From: an uncultured Gemmatimonadaceae bacterium
GTDB lineage: Bacteria > Gemmatimonadota > Gemmatimonadetes > Gemmatimonadales > GWC2-71-9
Assembly: GCA_964557115.1 (NCBI GenBank)
Contig: CAZKYO010000004.1
Location: 53,892-117,891, forward strand
Reading direction: 5' to 3'
DNA: 64,000 bases
Position 1 is the first letter of the stretch. Each line of letters opens with the position of its first letter. Positions 1-10,112 of this stretch are shown in pieces. Position numbers and translations under genes: made by a program. A model generated the notes under the pieces. It was not told the origin of the DNA. It ran no database searches and was given only the letters and a program-made list of their open reading frames with translations.

Positions 1-51
1 GCAGCAGCGCGGCGCACGCCAGCCAGCCGAGGCCCCCGCGTCGCACGGGGG

Positions 52-357
52 CTATGCCCTGCCCCGCATCTTCGCGAGCCACCAGCGCAGCCCGACGAAC
101 AGGAAGCGCCAGTCCTGGAAGAACTCCGGCGGCTTCCCCTCGACGGCGTGGCCGACGAACTGGAAGATCCATCCCACCACGAACATCGCCAGCGCGATGG
201 GCCAGAGGCCGGCGACGAAGATCGCCACCAGCCCGAGCGGAATCGACAGCGCGATCAGCGGGATGCCGAGGGTGTGGCAGAACCGGTTGACCGGGTGCTG
301 GTGACTCGTCGCGTACTGCCGGATCCATTCGTCCCACGAGCGACCGGCGAGCATCAT
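52..357 (-). CDS. DUF962/Mpo1-like small membrane protein
   Basis: 101-aa ORF with N-terminal HQHPVNRFCH motif and two long hydrophobic helices (IPLIALSIPLGLVAIFVAGLWPIALAMFVVGWIF). Family call from motif memory. Confidence 0.65.
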   Translation of the reverse strand: MMLAGRSWDEWIRQYATSHQHPVNRFCHTLGIPLIALSIPLGLVAIFVAGLWPIALAMFVVGWIFQFVGHAVEGKPPEFFQDWRFLFVGLRWWLAKMRGRA

Positions 358-382
358 CCACTCCGCGGGTGGCGGGTTCGTG

Positions 383-1294
383 TCACGGCCGGATCTTGGT
401 GCAATTCGGAGGCGGGTTCGGCCCGGCGCCGCCGTCGGAGTATCCCTGGTTGCCGCAATCGTAGTACTCGAACACCGCCGTCGCCATCGGCGGCGGGGCG
501 GTCCCGACGACCTGGGTGCAGCTCGGCTGGACCCCGCCGCCGGTGGTGCAGACGCCGTCCCACTGGATGAAGAGCGACAGGCCGCCGCTGGTGTGCTGTC
601 GGGTGGCGGTCACGGTGCTGCCGGTCGGCAGGTAGGCATAGACCAGCGGCGCGGCGGGAATCGCGACGCCGCCACCACCGGCGCAGCAGGGCGGGTTGGT
701 GTTGGTGTAGGGCCGGTTGGGAAACGCGAGCCGGTCGCGGGCCACCCAGCTGTAGTTGAGGGCGCCAGCTCCCTCGAGCCCGAAGATCACCGACCGCATC
801 TGGGCGAAGTCGGCGCGCACGTTGTACTGCTTGTCGGCAGTGACGTGCAGGACGCAGTCGCCCAGGCTCACGTTGTTGGTGCAGTCGCCCACGTAGCTGA
901 CGAACTCGTGGCGGCGCGGATCGGGCGGCGGGACCGGCCGCCCGTTGCCGGCATCGGCCGCGACGTAGCCCTCGCCCTCGATCGCGAAGAAGGTGATCGT
1001 CTTTCCGACCGGCACGTCGATCGGGCAGGTCGGATTCACGTCGAAGAAGCAACCGAACGGCGTCGGCAGCATCGCAGCGGCCGCGGCCCGCGTGGTCGGG
1101 CCGTCGGCGATGACGTAGCGGACCGTCATGTCGACCTCGGTGCCGGACTGGCCGTGGATCGTCAGCACCACCCGGGCGGTGCCGTCACCATTGCCGTTGC
1201 CGTTGCCGCCCGAGTCGACGGGACTGCTGCCGCCGCACGCGGAGCAGAGGACGAGCGATGCGATCGCGGAGAGCCGGACGCGGGGCATGACCAC
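383..1294 (-). CDS. hypothetical Cys-rich lipoprotein
   Basis: 303-aa ORF with lipoprotein-type signal (LSAIASLVLCSACGG), a GNGNGNG linker and many Cys. No family recognised. Confidence 0.55.
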   Translation of the reverse strand: MVMPRVRLSAIASLVLCSACGGSSPVDSGGNGNGNGDGTARVVLTIHGQSGTEVDMTVRYVIADGPTTRAAAAAMLPTPFGCFFDVNPTCPIDVPVGKTITFFAIEGEGYVAADAGNGRPVPPPDPRRHEFVSYVGDCTNNVSLGDCVLHVTADKQYNVRADFAQMRSVIFGLEGAGALNYSWVARDRLAFPNRPYTNTNPPCCAGGGGVAIPAAPLVYAYLPTGSTVTATRQHTSGGLSLFIQWDGVCTTGGGVQPSCTQVVGTAPPPMATAVFEYYDCGNQGYSDGGAGPNPPPNCTKIRP

Positions 1295-1374
1295 CTCGGG
1301 GCGTCGAGGGACGTCGGTAGTCTGCGGTCCGGGCCCCGGGGGCGCAATGCCGCCCGCATCCCTGCCCTACGAGC

Positions 1375-2565
1375 TCAGCGACCGGCCGGCGTCACCCGCA
1401 CCATCACCGCGCCGTGCGACGGCACCATCGCCTCGTACCGGCCGCGGAACGTCCCCTTGTCCTCGTGGGCCCAGAGGTCGCGCACGCTGGCCGAATCGGT
1501 CCGCAGCCCGAGCCGTCCCCAGTTGACGCGCATCGTGGTCGGGACCGAGGCGCGGTTGAGCATCACGACGGCGCGCGAGCCGTCCTTGAGCGGCTTGGAC
1601 CACACCTGCAGCTCGCCGGGCCAGTTCTGCACCAGCATCCCCTGGGCGCCGAGCGAGTCCTGATCCACCGCGATCACCTCGCGGTTGGTGAGGATGTCCC
1701 GGATCGCCTTTGCCCGACGGGAGTCGCCGACCAACTCGCGGATGTCGTTGCCCGCCATCAGCGGCGCCGCCATCATCGCCCAGAGCGAGAAGTGCGCGCG
1801 GTACTCGGTGTCGCTCATCCCCCCGTTGCCGACCTCCAGCATGTCGGGGTCGTTCCAGTGGCCGGGACCCGCCGCCGACCAGTACTGCGAGGAGAGGTCG
1901 AGGATCGCCATCACGCTGGTCCAGCTGTCCTCGATGTCGCCGGTGGTGCGCCAGAGGTTGCCGACGCCGCCGGCCCATGCCCACGGCTGGTTGCTGCCCC
2001 ACTCGCAGATGCTGAACACGATCGGTCGCCCCGAGTGCGCGAGCGCATCGCGCATCACGGCATACCGTTCCGGGGCGTCGAGCCCCTCGGCGTAGCACCA
2101 GTCGACCTTGGTGTAGTCGACGCCCCACTCGGCGTAGGTCCTCGCGTCGATCGCCTCGAAGCCGTAGCTGCCGGGCCGCCCCTGGCACGTCTTGCGGCCG
2201 GCGTCGGTGTAGAGGCCGAACAGCAGCCCCTTGCCGTGGACGTAGTCGGCCAGCGCCTTCATCCCCTCCGGGAAGCGCTGCGAGTCGGCGACGATCCGGC
2301 CGTTCGCGTCCCGGCCGACCTGCCAGCAGTCGTCGATCACCACGTAGCGATAGCCGGCGTCGCGCATCCCGCTGGCCACCATCGCGTCGGCGGTCTCGCG
2401 GACCAGCCTGCTGCTCACGTCACAGGCGAAGTGGTTCCAGCTGTTCCACCCCATCGGCGGGGTGAGGGCGAGGCCGTTCGGCACCGTCGCGGGCACGGGG
2501 CGGGAGTGGGCGGCGGCCGCGGCCAGCGAGACGGCGAGCACGACGAGGGCGGCGAGGCGCTTCAT
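1375..2565 (-). CDS. alpha-galactosidase, glycoside hydrolase family 27
   Basis: 396-aa ORF with signal peptide and GH27 hallmarks PPMGWNSWNHF, YVVIDDCW, YTKVDWCY. Confidence 0.9.
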   Translation of the reverse strand: MKRLAALVVLAVSLAAAAAHSRPVPATVPNGLALTPPMGWNSWNHFACDVSSRLVRETADAMVASGMRDAGYRYVVIDDCWQVGRDANGRIVADSQRFPEGMKALADYVHGKGLLFGLYTDAGRKTCQGRPGSYGFEAIDARTYAEWGVDYTKVDWCYAEGLDAPERYAVMRDALAHSGRPIVFSICEWGSNQPWAWAGGVGNLWRTTGDIEDSWTSVMAILDLSSQYWSAAGPGHWNDPDMLEVGNGGMSDTEYRAHFSLWAMMAAPLMAGNDIRELVGDSRRAKAIRDILTNREVIAVDQDSLGAQGMLVQNWPGELQVWSKPLKDGSRAVVMLNRASVPTTMRVNWGRLGLRTDSASVRDLWAHEDKGTFRGRYEAMVPSHGAVMVRVTPAGR

Positions 2566-2640
2566 GGCGGGACTCCGGCACGGGAATGGTGCTACAGCTA
2601 CCGATCGGCGACGGGAAGTGCAAGGGCCGACTCCGCCTCG

Positions 2641-3144
2641 CTACCCCGCGTCGCCGGCGATCGCGACGTACTGGCGGTACATCCCCACCCGCCAGCGCAC
2701 GATCATCCCGAACGCCAGGAGGTAGAACACCGCGGCGGTCTGGAGCGGCGAGATCAGGTGGCCGATGTAGTCGTGCAGCAGCAGGCGGATCGCCAGCAGG
2801 CCGACGAGGATGCCGAGGAACCAGCGGGACCGCTGCATGTACACGACGCCGTCGCGCACCTCGAGCCGCGACGAGTGCACCAGCGGCAGCGAGAGGACGA
2901 AGGCGCCGAGCGCCAGCGCGATGAGCGCCCAGCTCCAGGGCACCCGCATCGCCGGCGAGAGGAACATCCCGAAACCGGTGCTCATCGCCAGCGGCGGGAT
3001 CACGATGGCGCGACGGGTGAGCGGCACCCGGGTCTCGCGGACCCGCCAGAAGAGGATCGCGACGCCGCCGAAGGCGGGCGCCACCCGCAGCAGCGGTCGC
3101 AGGATCGCCTGATGGCGCTGGTAGAGTTCCTGGAGGTTCAGCAT
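2641..3144 (-). CDS. ccdC: CcdC-like (DUF1453) membrane protein
   Basis: Start moved to MLNLQELY (3144). Four TM segments. IPPLAMSTGFGMF, YMQRSRWFLGILVGLLAIR and YLLAFGMIVRWR resemble Bacillus CcdC as I recall it. Confidence 0.7.
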   Translation of the reverse strand: MLNLQELYQRHQAILRPLLRVAPAFGGVAILFWRVRETRVPLTRRAIVIPPLAMSTGFGMFLSPAMRVPWSWALIALALGAFVLSLPLVHSSRLEVRDGVVYMQRSRWFLGILVGLLAIRLLLHDYIGHLISPLQTAAVFYLLAFGMIVRWRVGMYRQYVAIAGDAG

Positions 3145-3224
3145 CGCCGTCCAATCATACCACCCGGTTGCCGCCGGGGCGATTATGATTGCTGCCGTCC
3201 CAATCAACCCTTCCGGAGAAGGCC

Positions 3225-3623
3225 ATGTCCGACCTCAACGCCACCGCCCTCGGCTGTTCCCTCACCTGCAAGGACGTCGAGGCCTCGATCGCCTGGTATC
3301 GCGATGTCCTCGGCTTTTCGGTCGGGATGACGTTCGAACGCGACGGCAAGGTCGCCGGCGCGACGATCGACGCCGGCAGCATCCACATCGTCCTCAACCA
3401 GGACGACGGCAAGCTCGGCTGGGACCGGATCAAGGGCCAGGGCTGCTACTTCCAGATCAACGTCGCGACGCTCGCCGACGTCGATGCCGCCGCCGCGCGG
3501 ATCGCGGCGGCGGGCGGGACGCTCGTGACCGAGCCGGCCGACCGGCCGTGGGGCGCCCGGATGTTCATCTTCCGCGACCTGGATGGCTTCAAGTTCGGGG
3601 TGTCGACGCCGCTGCAGGGCTAG
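3225..3623 (+). CDS. VOC/glyoxalase-bleomycin resistance family protein
   Basis: Start at MSDLNA (3225). Pattern KDVEASIAWYRDVLGF ... PWGARMFIFRDLDGFKF is typical of the glyoxalase/VOC fold. Confidence 0.8.
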   Translation: MSDLNATALGCSLTCKDVEASIAWYRDVLGFSVGMTFERDGKVAGATIDAGSIHIVLNQDDGKLGWDRIKGQGCYFQINVATLADVDAAAARIAAAGGTLVTEPADRPWGARMFIFRDLDGFKFGVSTPLQG

Positions 3624-3792
3624 GTCGGGCTCCGGCCCGGCGCGTGGCGCGACGGCAGGGAACGCCGACCGCGCCGATCGACATTGCACGGCCGGGTCGC
3701 CGATCCCTTTCACGCGCCGCTCCGCGATGGTATCTCTCGTCAGCTCCGCCGTCACGACGCGGAGCGCGATGGACCAGCGATCAGGAGCGGCA

Positions 3793-5877
3793 ATGCGTCC
3801 ACGATTCCTCACCGCCTGCACGGCCATGGCCGTGCTCCTTGTCGTGCCCGTCACCGCCGGCGCACAGGCCGCACGGGCCTATCCGGAGCGCGCGATCCGG
3901 CACGACATCCCGATGACCGACATGATCCGGCGCGCCATGGCGGCCGGCACCCGCGACAGCGGCGGGCGCCCGGGCGCCAACTACTGGCAGCTCTGGAACG
4001 ACTACACCATCACGGCCCGGTTCGACCCCGCCACCGGCGTGCTGGAGGGGCGCGAGCACGTCGTGGTGCACAACAACAGCCCCGGCGAGATGCGGGAGAT
4101 CGTGCTGCGGCTCGACCAGAACCTCTTCGCGCCCAACGTGCCCCGGGCCGAGACGGTGACCGACATCACCGACGGGATGCAGGTCACCGCGCTCAGCGTC
4201 AACGGGAAGCCGGCGACGCTCAACGCGGGCGCGGCGGCGCGCGGACGCGGCCGGGGCGACAACGCGGCGCCGGTGGAGCTCGCCGCCTCCAACCTGTCGC
4301 AGACGGTGGCGACGATCCGCCTCGCCGAGCCGGTGCCGGCGCACGGCACCGTCGCGGTCGACGCCGAGTGGCACTTCACGGTGCCGAAGGTCGTGGCGCC
4401 CGAGCGCGGCATCCGGATGGGCGCCTGGGGCGACTCGCTCTACCAGGTCGGCCAGTGGTATCCGCGCATCGCGATGTTCGACGACCTGCGCCAGGGCGGC
4501 TGGGACACCGATCCGTACCTCGGTCCCTCCGAGTTCTACAACAACTTCGGCCGGTTCGACGTGACGCTCGACCTGCCGGCCGGCTGGCTGGTGGGCGCCT
4601 CCGGCATCCTGCAGAACCCCGAGGAGGTCCTCACGGCCGCCGAACGCGACGGCCTGCGACGCGCCCTCGCGGCCGACTCGACCGTGCGCATCCTCGGCCC
4701 CGAGGACTTCGGGCCCGGCAAGGCGACCGCCGGCGCGGCCGGCGACCGGCTGACGTGGCACTTCGTGGCCGACACCGCCGGTGACGTCGCCTGGGCCACC
4801 TCCAACCAGTTCATCTGGGACGGCTACCACGCGGCCATTCCCGGCACGGGCAAGAACGTGCCGATCAACGTCATGTACCTCCCGGGCCACGAGCGGCAGT
4901 ATGCCGGCGCCGGCCCGACCGTGAGGCACGCGCTGCAGTTCTACTCCGGCCTGTGGATCCCGTACGCGTTCCCGACGATGACGATGGTGGACGGCCCGGA
5001 GCTCGGGATGGAGTACCCGATGTTCATCATGTCGAGCACCGGCGCGGCCGACCACGAGACCGGGCACGAATGGTGGCCGATGACGCTCGGCACCAACGAG
5101 ACGTGGTACGGCTTCATGGACGAGGGATTCAACCAGTACATGAACATCCTGTCGCGCCAGGACCGGCAGGGACAGCCGGCCAACCTCGACGGCCAGGGCC
5201 AGCGCTACGGCCAGACGAGCGGTGACGAGCGCGAGGCGCCGCTGATGTGGGACGCCAACTACGGCGGCCCGATGTACTCCTTCCAGGCGTACAGCAAGGC
5301 GCCGATGATGCTCTCGATGCTCGGTGGCGTGGTCGGCGACACGGCGGTGTGGCGCGCGATGCGCGCGTACGCCGAGGCCTGGCGCTTCAAGCACCCGTCA
5401 CCGTGGGACTACGCGTTCTTCATGGACAACGCGCTCAAGCGCGACCTGGGATGGTTCTGGTACTCCTGGCTCTTCACCACCGACGCGGTGGATGGCTCGA
5501 TCCAGGGCGTGAGCGCGATGCGCGGCCCCACCACCGTCACGGTGCACCAGGCCGGCCAGATGCCCTCGCCGGTGGTGCTCAACGTCCACTTCGCGCCCGG
5601 TGGCCCGGCGCTGCGCCGGGTGCCCAACGCGGTGATCGTCGACGATTCCACCGCGACGGTCAGCTACCCGGCCGACGTCTGGTTCAACGGCAGCCGGACG
5701 TTCAAGGCGACGTTCGACTTCGGGCCGCGCACGATCGAGCGCGTGGTGCTCGATCCCCGCTGCCGCTTCCCGGACAACGACGTCGCCGACAACACGTGGC
5801 CGCGCCAGCCCCCGCCGGCCGCGCCGACGGGGCCCGCGGGCGGCGGGCGGTTCGGCGGACCCGCCTGCCAGGGCTGA
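3793..5877 (+). CDS. secreted M1-family (gluzincin) metallopeptidase
   Basis: Start at MRPRFLTACTAMAVLLVVPVTAGAQA (signal peptide). Zinc site HETGH followed 18 residues later by E (HETGHEWWPMTLGTNETWYGFMDEG) fits HEXXH-X18-E. Confidence 0.85.
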   Translation: MRPRFLTACTAMAVLLVVPVTAGAQAARAYPERAIRHDIPMTDMIRRAMAAGTRDSGGRPGANYWQLWNDYTITARFDPATGVLEGREHVVVHNNSPGEMREIVLRLDQNLFAPNVPRAETVTDITDGMQVTALSVNGKPATLNAGAAARGRGRGDNAAPVELAASNLSQTVATIRLAEPVPAHGTVAVDAEWHFTVPKVVAPERGIRMGAWGDSLYQVGQWYPRIAMFDDLRQGGWDTDPYLGPSEFYNNFGRFDVTLDLPAGWLVGASGILQNPEEVLTAAERDGLRRALAADSTVRILGPEDFGPGKATAGAAGDRLTWHFVADTAGDVAWATSNQFIWDGYHAAIPGTGKNVPINVMYLPGHERQYAGAGPTVRHALQFYSGLWIPYAFPTMTMVDGPELGMEYPMFIMSSTGAADHETGHEWWPMTLGTNETWYGFMDEGFNQYMNILSRQDRQGQPANLDGQGQRYGQTSGDEREAPLMWDANYGGPMYSFQAYSKAPMMLSMLGGVVGDTAVWRAMRAYAEAWRFKHPSPWDYAFFMDNALKRDLGWFWYSWLFTTDAVDGSIQGVSAMRGPTTVTVHQAGQMPSPVVLNVHFAPGGPALRRVPNAVIVDDSTATVSYPADVWFNGSRTFKATFDFGPRTIERVVLDPRCRFPDNDVADNTWPRQPPPAAPTGPAGGGRFGGPACQG

Positions 5878-5959
5878 GCACATTGATCCGACGCATGAAG
5901 CGGGCGGCGACTCTCCTCGAGTCGCCGCCCGCTTCACGCGTGGCCTGAGCGTCGCGGCC

Positions 5960-6691
5960 CTACGGCGCCCCGGGCTTCCACCCCGTCTCCACCACCGTCC
6001 GCCCTGCCGCCCGCGCCCCGGCCACCCGGGCGGCGATCATCCGCGCCGGGTCGCCGCGGCCGCCGTCGCTGCAGTACACCGGGTTGATCCGCCCCACCGT
6101 CGCGGGGTCGCCGGTGTAGCCGTGCTTCGCGGTCAGGTACTTCATCCACGCCATCTGGGTGGTCGCCAGGTTGGCCGGCTGCGGGAGGTCGAACACCGCG
6201 CTCACGTACAGCGGCCGGGTGAACGGCTCGGTCATGCAGTAACCCTGCGTCTCGTGCCCCATCGAGAAGCTCGGCTCGCCGAAATCCGGTCGCGGCACCG
6301 TGTCGGCGAACGCCACCTCCATGGCGGAGGGCTGGTACTGCCAATCCACCGGCACCACCCGCAGCCGCGCCTGCGCCAGCCGGTCGAGGAGCGCCGCCCG
6401 CACGCCCTCCGCCTGGTCGGCGGTGTAGTACGAGTTGCACGTGGCGCTCGCCGGGTCGCTGTGCCGATGGTCGAAGCGTCCCTTGATGTACTGGGCGAAC
6501 TCCTGCCCCATCATCCGGGATCGGTAGGGACCCGCCTTGAGTCGGGCGTCGAAGACCGGAGTGACGTAGATCACCGAGTCGCCCTCGGTCGTCGAGCACA
6601 CGGCGCGCGCCGTGCCGCCCTGCGCCGCCAGGGGCATCGCGGCACACGCGACGAGGACGGGAAACGCCAACCAACCGCCGCCGATCTTCAT
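5960..6691 (-). CDS. hypothetical secreted protein
   Basis: Start at MKIGGGWLAFPVLVACAAMPLAAQ (6691), signal peptide, coding-like composition. The upstream part of the track ORF looks non-coding. Confidence 0.55.
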   Translation of the reverse strand: MKIGGGWLAFPVLVACAAMPLAAQGGTARAVCSTTEGDSVIYVTPVFDARLKAGPYRSRMMGQEFAQYIKGRFDHRHSDPASATCNSYYTADQAEGVRAALLDRLAQARLRVVPVDWQYQPSAMEVAFADTVPRPDFGEPSFSMGHETQGYCMTEPFTRPLYVSAVFDLPQPANLATTQMAWMKYLTAKHGYTGDPATVGRINPVYCSDGGRGDPARMIAARVAGARAAGRTVVETGWKPGAP

Positions 6692-7141
6692 GCCGCCTCC
6701 GTTGCCACCCGGGGCGTGAGGTGCCCGGGTCGGGACATCGACGATACGGCCGATCCGCCGATCGGGAAGGGGCCCGACACTGCCCGCACTCCGGGTACCC
6801 ATCCAGTCGTCGATCCCCGGTGGCGGACCGCGGCACGGCGGGCTGGCATCCCGCCCAGGAGCAACTCCCGCAATGCGCAATGCGCACTGCCCTCGCCTGC
6901 TCGCCCTCGCCGCATCCCCTGCCGGGGCGCTGGAGAAGACTTGGCCTGCCGATCAACACCTTTGCCGATGAGTTCTACTGGAGCCTGCGGCGACCGCGAC
7001 CCCCGCCGAGGAGACGGCGTGCCGAGGACTCATCGGAACATCGAGCCAGGGAGACCGGGTCGTGCACAGGTTTGGATGGCCGCGGCCCCGTCGCTCCCGA
7101 CGACGGGGTGGACGACGGGGGAGCGCTCGCGCCCGGGTCGC

Positions 7142-8434
7142 CTACCCCGGCACCGTGTAGCGCCAGATCATCGCCGGCCCCTGAAATCCGCCGAAGAGGA
7201 GCACCCGGTCGCCGTGGAACCCGATCACCCCGCGGCACGCCGCCGAACAGGTCGGCGCGCCGGAGAGCGGCTCGAGGGTCGCCACCGGGGCGAGGCTCAG
7301 CGGATCGCGGACCTCGAGGGTGACCGGCGCGTCCCCCGGCTCCAGGGACCGGGTCGCGAGGAAGAGCCACCTCGCTGCGGGATCAATGCCGATCGCAACG
7401 ACCGACGCGTCGATCGAGTCGGTCGCGAGAACGGCACCGTCGGTGGCGCGGTACCGGCGGAGCCGGGCATAGGTGCCCGCCTGATCGTCGGTGCGCTCCC
7501 TGGAGACCATCAGCAGGTCGGCTCCATCCGACGAGAAGGTGGCGACGTGGCTCCGCCGCGCCTGGAACGCCACGCCCCGCCCGACCGGGTCGAGGACCGG
7601 CGCCTCCCCCGGCGGGGCCTCGGAGAGGAGGGCGATCCGGTCCCCGCGGGGAGAGAGGAGCAGCGCGTGGGGGCCCGGCAGGAAGACGTGGTCGGTGACG
7701 GTTTCGTACGGCGAGGCCGGGGTCGGCCGGTAGGTCCAGTAGAGTTCGTTCGACTTGGCGTAGCGCACCCAGAGGTCGGGGGATGGCCGAGCGACGACGT
7801 CGGTGAACTGCGCCTCGATCTCCGGCTGCGACTCCCCCACCGTCCCGAGCGGCAGGTCCACGAGCCGAACCGCTCCGGCGGCCGGGTCGACGATCCAGGT
7901 CGCCGGATCCGAGGTCGGCCCGGGGCCATACGGCAGCCGCAAGTCGTGCAGGCTCGCGTGGCGAGTGGTGGCGCCGGTTGCGAGGTTGACGACCACCAGG
8001 TCACGCCCGGTGAAGCCGATCACGTGGGGCTGCCAGTTGAGCACTGCCAGCTGCGCCTCGCCGAACCACGAACTCGCGTCGGGCACCGCTTCGGCGTCCA
8101 CGAACCCCGCCACCGCGATCGACGCCACCGGGAAGCCGTAGCCGTCGAACCGGACGACCGGCTCGAGGACGGCCGCCGGCATCGGGGGGAGGGTCGCGGC
8201 GAGGGTCGTCTCGTCGAGCCGCTCCATCGCCACCGACGCCGTGCCGAAATCGAGCGTCGCCCCGTCCCCGAAGGTGCGGAAGTCCTCGGAGCGCAACCGG
8301 ACGACGCCCCCCGACCAAACCGAGCGATCGAGGACGGCGATCTCGCCACGGGGCATCGGCGCGGCGGTGGGACTCGAGCACGCTCCGATGAGCAGGGCGA
8401 GGGAGAACTGGAGGCCGGCTGGCTTGAACGGCAT
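7142..8434 (-). CDS. hypothetical lipoprotein, beta-propeller-like
   Basis: Start at MPFKPAGLQFSLALLIGACSSP (lipobox). Repeated beta-strand-rich segments. No family recognised. Confidence 0.55.
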   Translation of the reverse strand: MPFKPAGLQFSLALLIGACSSPTAAPMPRGEIAVLDRSVWSGGVVRLRSEDFRTFGDGATLDFGTASVAMERLDETTLAATLPPMPAAVLEPVVRFDGYGFPVASIAVAGFVDAEAVPDASSWFGEAQLAVLNWQPHVIGFTGRDLVVVNLATGATTRHASLHDLRLPYGPGPTSDPATWIVDPAAGAVRLVDLPLGTVGESQPEIEAQFTDVVARPSPDLWVRYAKSNELYWTYRPTPASPYETVTDHVFLPGPHALLLSPRGDRIALLSEAPPGEAPVLDPVGRGVAFQARRSHVATFSSDGADLLMVSRERTDDQAGTYARLRRYRATDGAVLATDSIDASVVAIGIDPAARWLFLATRSLEPGDAPVTLEVRDPLSLAPVATLEPLSGAPTCSAACRGVIGFHGDRVLLFGGFQGPAMIWRYTVPG

Positions 8435-8662
8435 CAAACGCCTCCAGGTCGCGAGGTTCGGCAGGGCAAGGAACCCTTGATGAGACCCGGCCCGGGCGCA
8501 GCCCGTCACCCCGATTGCATGACCACCTGAGACTTGGGTGATACGGTCACGACCGACATCGCAACCGCATCGACAGGCGCACTGTACAACGACATTCTAT
8601 CGATAGGATCTCGCGAGTCCGCCTCCGGAACCGCGCGGAAACCCCATGGCTTTGCCGATGCT

Positions 8663-9130
8663 TCAACCTGGGTCGCAGTCGACGAAGTGAACGTCGGCGG
8701 GGCCCGAGCGACGAACCAGGATCACCAATGGCGGGCCGCCGGCGGGTACGTGCCACGAATGGTGGATCCGCCCTGGAACCACGACATAGCTTCCTGGCGA
8801 CAGGGCGTGGCGCTCGCCGTCCAGTACGATCGCCCCGTCGCCGCTGACCACCACGACGTACTCGTCATGCGTGTGCCAATGGAGCGCGAACTGCGAGCCC
8901 GCCGGGAATCTCGCGAAGTATGTGGGTCCCCCGTTTGCTGCGTCGGTGCCCAGCCGGGCGGTCTGGACCCCCCGGGGGTAGCAGGGCCTCTCGCTCGGAG
9001 CAGTCCACTGGACGTCGGCGACATTGATGACGCGCGATTCCAACCCTGCCTGGGCAGAGCCATCTGCTGGGGATACAGCGATCGCGACGATCGGCAGAAG
9101 GTACCCCAGCAGCTTGCCGTGCTTCTTCAT
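8663..9130 (-). CDS. secreted cupin-domain protein
   Basis: 155-aa ORF with signal peptide and cupin metal motif region FALHWHTHDEYVVVVSGDG ... PGRIHHSWH. Confidence 0.8.
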   Translation of the reverse strand: MKKHGKLLGYLLPIVAIAVSPADGSAQAGLESRVINVADVQWTAPSERPCYPRGVQTARLGTDAANGGPTYFARFPAGSQFALHWHTHDEYVVVVSGDGAIVLDGERHALSPGSYVVVPGRIHHSWHVPAGGPPLVILVRRSGPADVHFVDCDPG

Positions 9131-9291
9131 GCTGTACCTCGCGCGATAGTGGAGCGCTCAAACGTCGTGCGTTTCTGCGGCGGGGGCGCCGCCGCACCGT
9201 TTCCTCGATGCTACACCAATGCCCCTGCGGTGTCCCCGTCCGCTGCAACGGCTTGTTGGGCTGCCTTTCACCTTTCTCCCGCTCCCTTGTC

Positions 9292-9933
9292 CTATCTGGA
9301 GTCTTGTTTGAACATGTTGTGAGCTTCCTCCCTGGTGATCGTTGAATACTCCGGGTGCCCCTTGGGTCGATAGACTTGGATTGTCACCCCGTGCGGCTTA
9401 GCGCTTGATTCGACAAGCTGGAGCGCAACATCACTGCCGACATCAGGGAACAATCGGATTCCTTGACCCACAATTACGGGGAAGATGATCAGGTTCATCT
9501 CATCGATCAGACGGTTCTGGAGCAACCAACGGATGAGTTGACCACTGCCATGAACTTGGAGTTCGCCTCCCGCCTGTGCTCGCAGATTGGCAATTGCAAC
9601 TGCGAAATCTTGCGACAAGACTCTTGTGTTGTCCCATTCTGGATCGCGCAAAGTGCTCGACACCACGTATTTCGGCTTTGTGTGCAGTGCTGCGGCAATC
9701 GGCCTTTTGCTTGTCTTGGGCGCCACTCCCCACGTATAGGCAAAGATGTCGTAGGTCTTGCGTCCGAACAGGAAAGCATCCGCGCGTTGAAAGACTTGGT
9801 TGACAAACTCCCCTGATTCGCTGTCAAAGTGAGCCCACCCTCCACGGTTGAAGCCTCTGTCGTCCTCGTCCGGACCTCCGGGACTCTGCATGACACCATC
9901 AAGCGAAAGTTGAGTGGTCGTGGTCAGTTTCAT
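9292..9933 (-). CDS. RibD C-terminal domain / dihydrofolate reductase-like family protein
   Basis: 213-aa ORF. MKLTTTTQLSLDGVMQSPGGPDED ... FLFGRKTYDIF ... ELQVHGSGQLIRWLLQNRLIDEMNLIIFPVIVGQG is the typical RibD_C layout. About 50% GC against about 70-80% in the flanks (hand counts of sample stretches). Confidence 0.85.
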   Translation of the reverse strand: MKLTTTTQLSLDGVMQSPGGPDEDDRGFNRGGWAHFDSESGEFVNQVFQRADAFLFGRKTYDIFAYTWGVAPKTSKRPIAAALHTKPKYVVSSTLRDPEWDNTRVLSQDFAVAIANLRAQAGGELQVHGSGQLIRWLLQNRLIDEMNLIIFPVIVGQGIRLFPDVGSDVALQLVESSAKPHGVTIQVYRPKGHPEYSTITREEAHNMFKQDSR

Positions 9934-10112
9934 GTATGGAGTCTCTTCTCAAATCATGGCACTTGGACAACCGCCAGAGAATTGAACCGACCGCAATGCA
10001 TCGCTTCCCGTGTCTGCACAACAAGTATTGGACCCGCTCCCGTACCTCGCGAATCCTGCACTACGGTACCGCCCGCCACCTGATCCGGAAACCCTGTGAG
10101 TCCGCCCAGCTC

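Noticed and set aside
1-51. Partial gene or terminator at the left edge (hairpin gcccccg-cgtcgca-cgggggc)
   Set aside because: Too little sequence to call a gene. The hairpin lies downstream of the DUF962 gene but lacks a U-tract, so it is not reported as a feature.
6692-7141. 450-nt gap without a credible ORF, as a possible ncRNA or riboswitch
   Set aside because: It contains a few GC hairpins (e.g. acccggg/cccgggt near 6705-6730 and ccccgtcg/cgacgggg near 7090-7115) consistent with a terminator and a 5' UTR. I could recognise no known RNA family, so it is left unannotated.
1414-8530. Other long ORFs opposite annotated genes: 1414..3330 (+), 3781..5394 (-), 6122..8530 (+). The same judgement applies to similar ORFs elsewhere in the track, e.g. 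39893..42091, 55880..57475 and 57918..60086.
   Set aside because: Same reasoning. Each mirrors a gene with clear family motifs or signal peptides and itself shows only Arg/Gly/Pro-rich low complexity.
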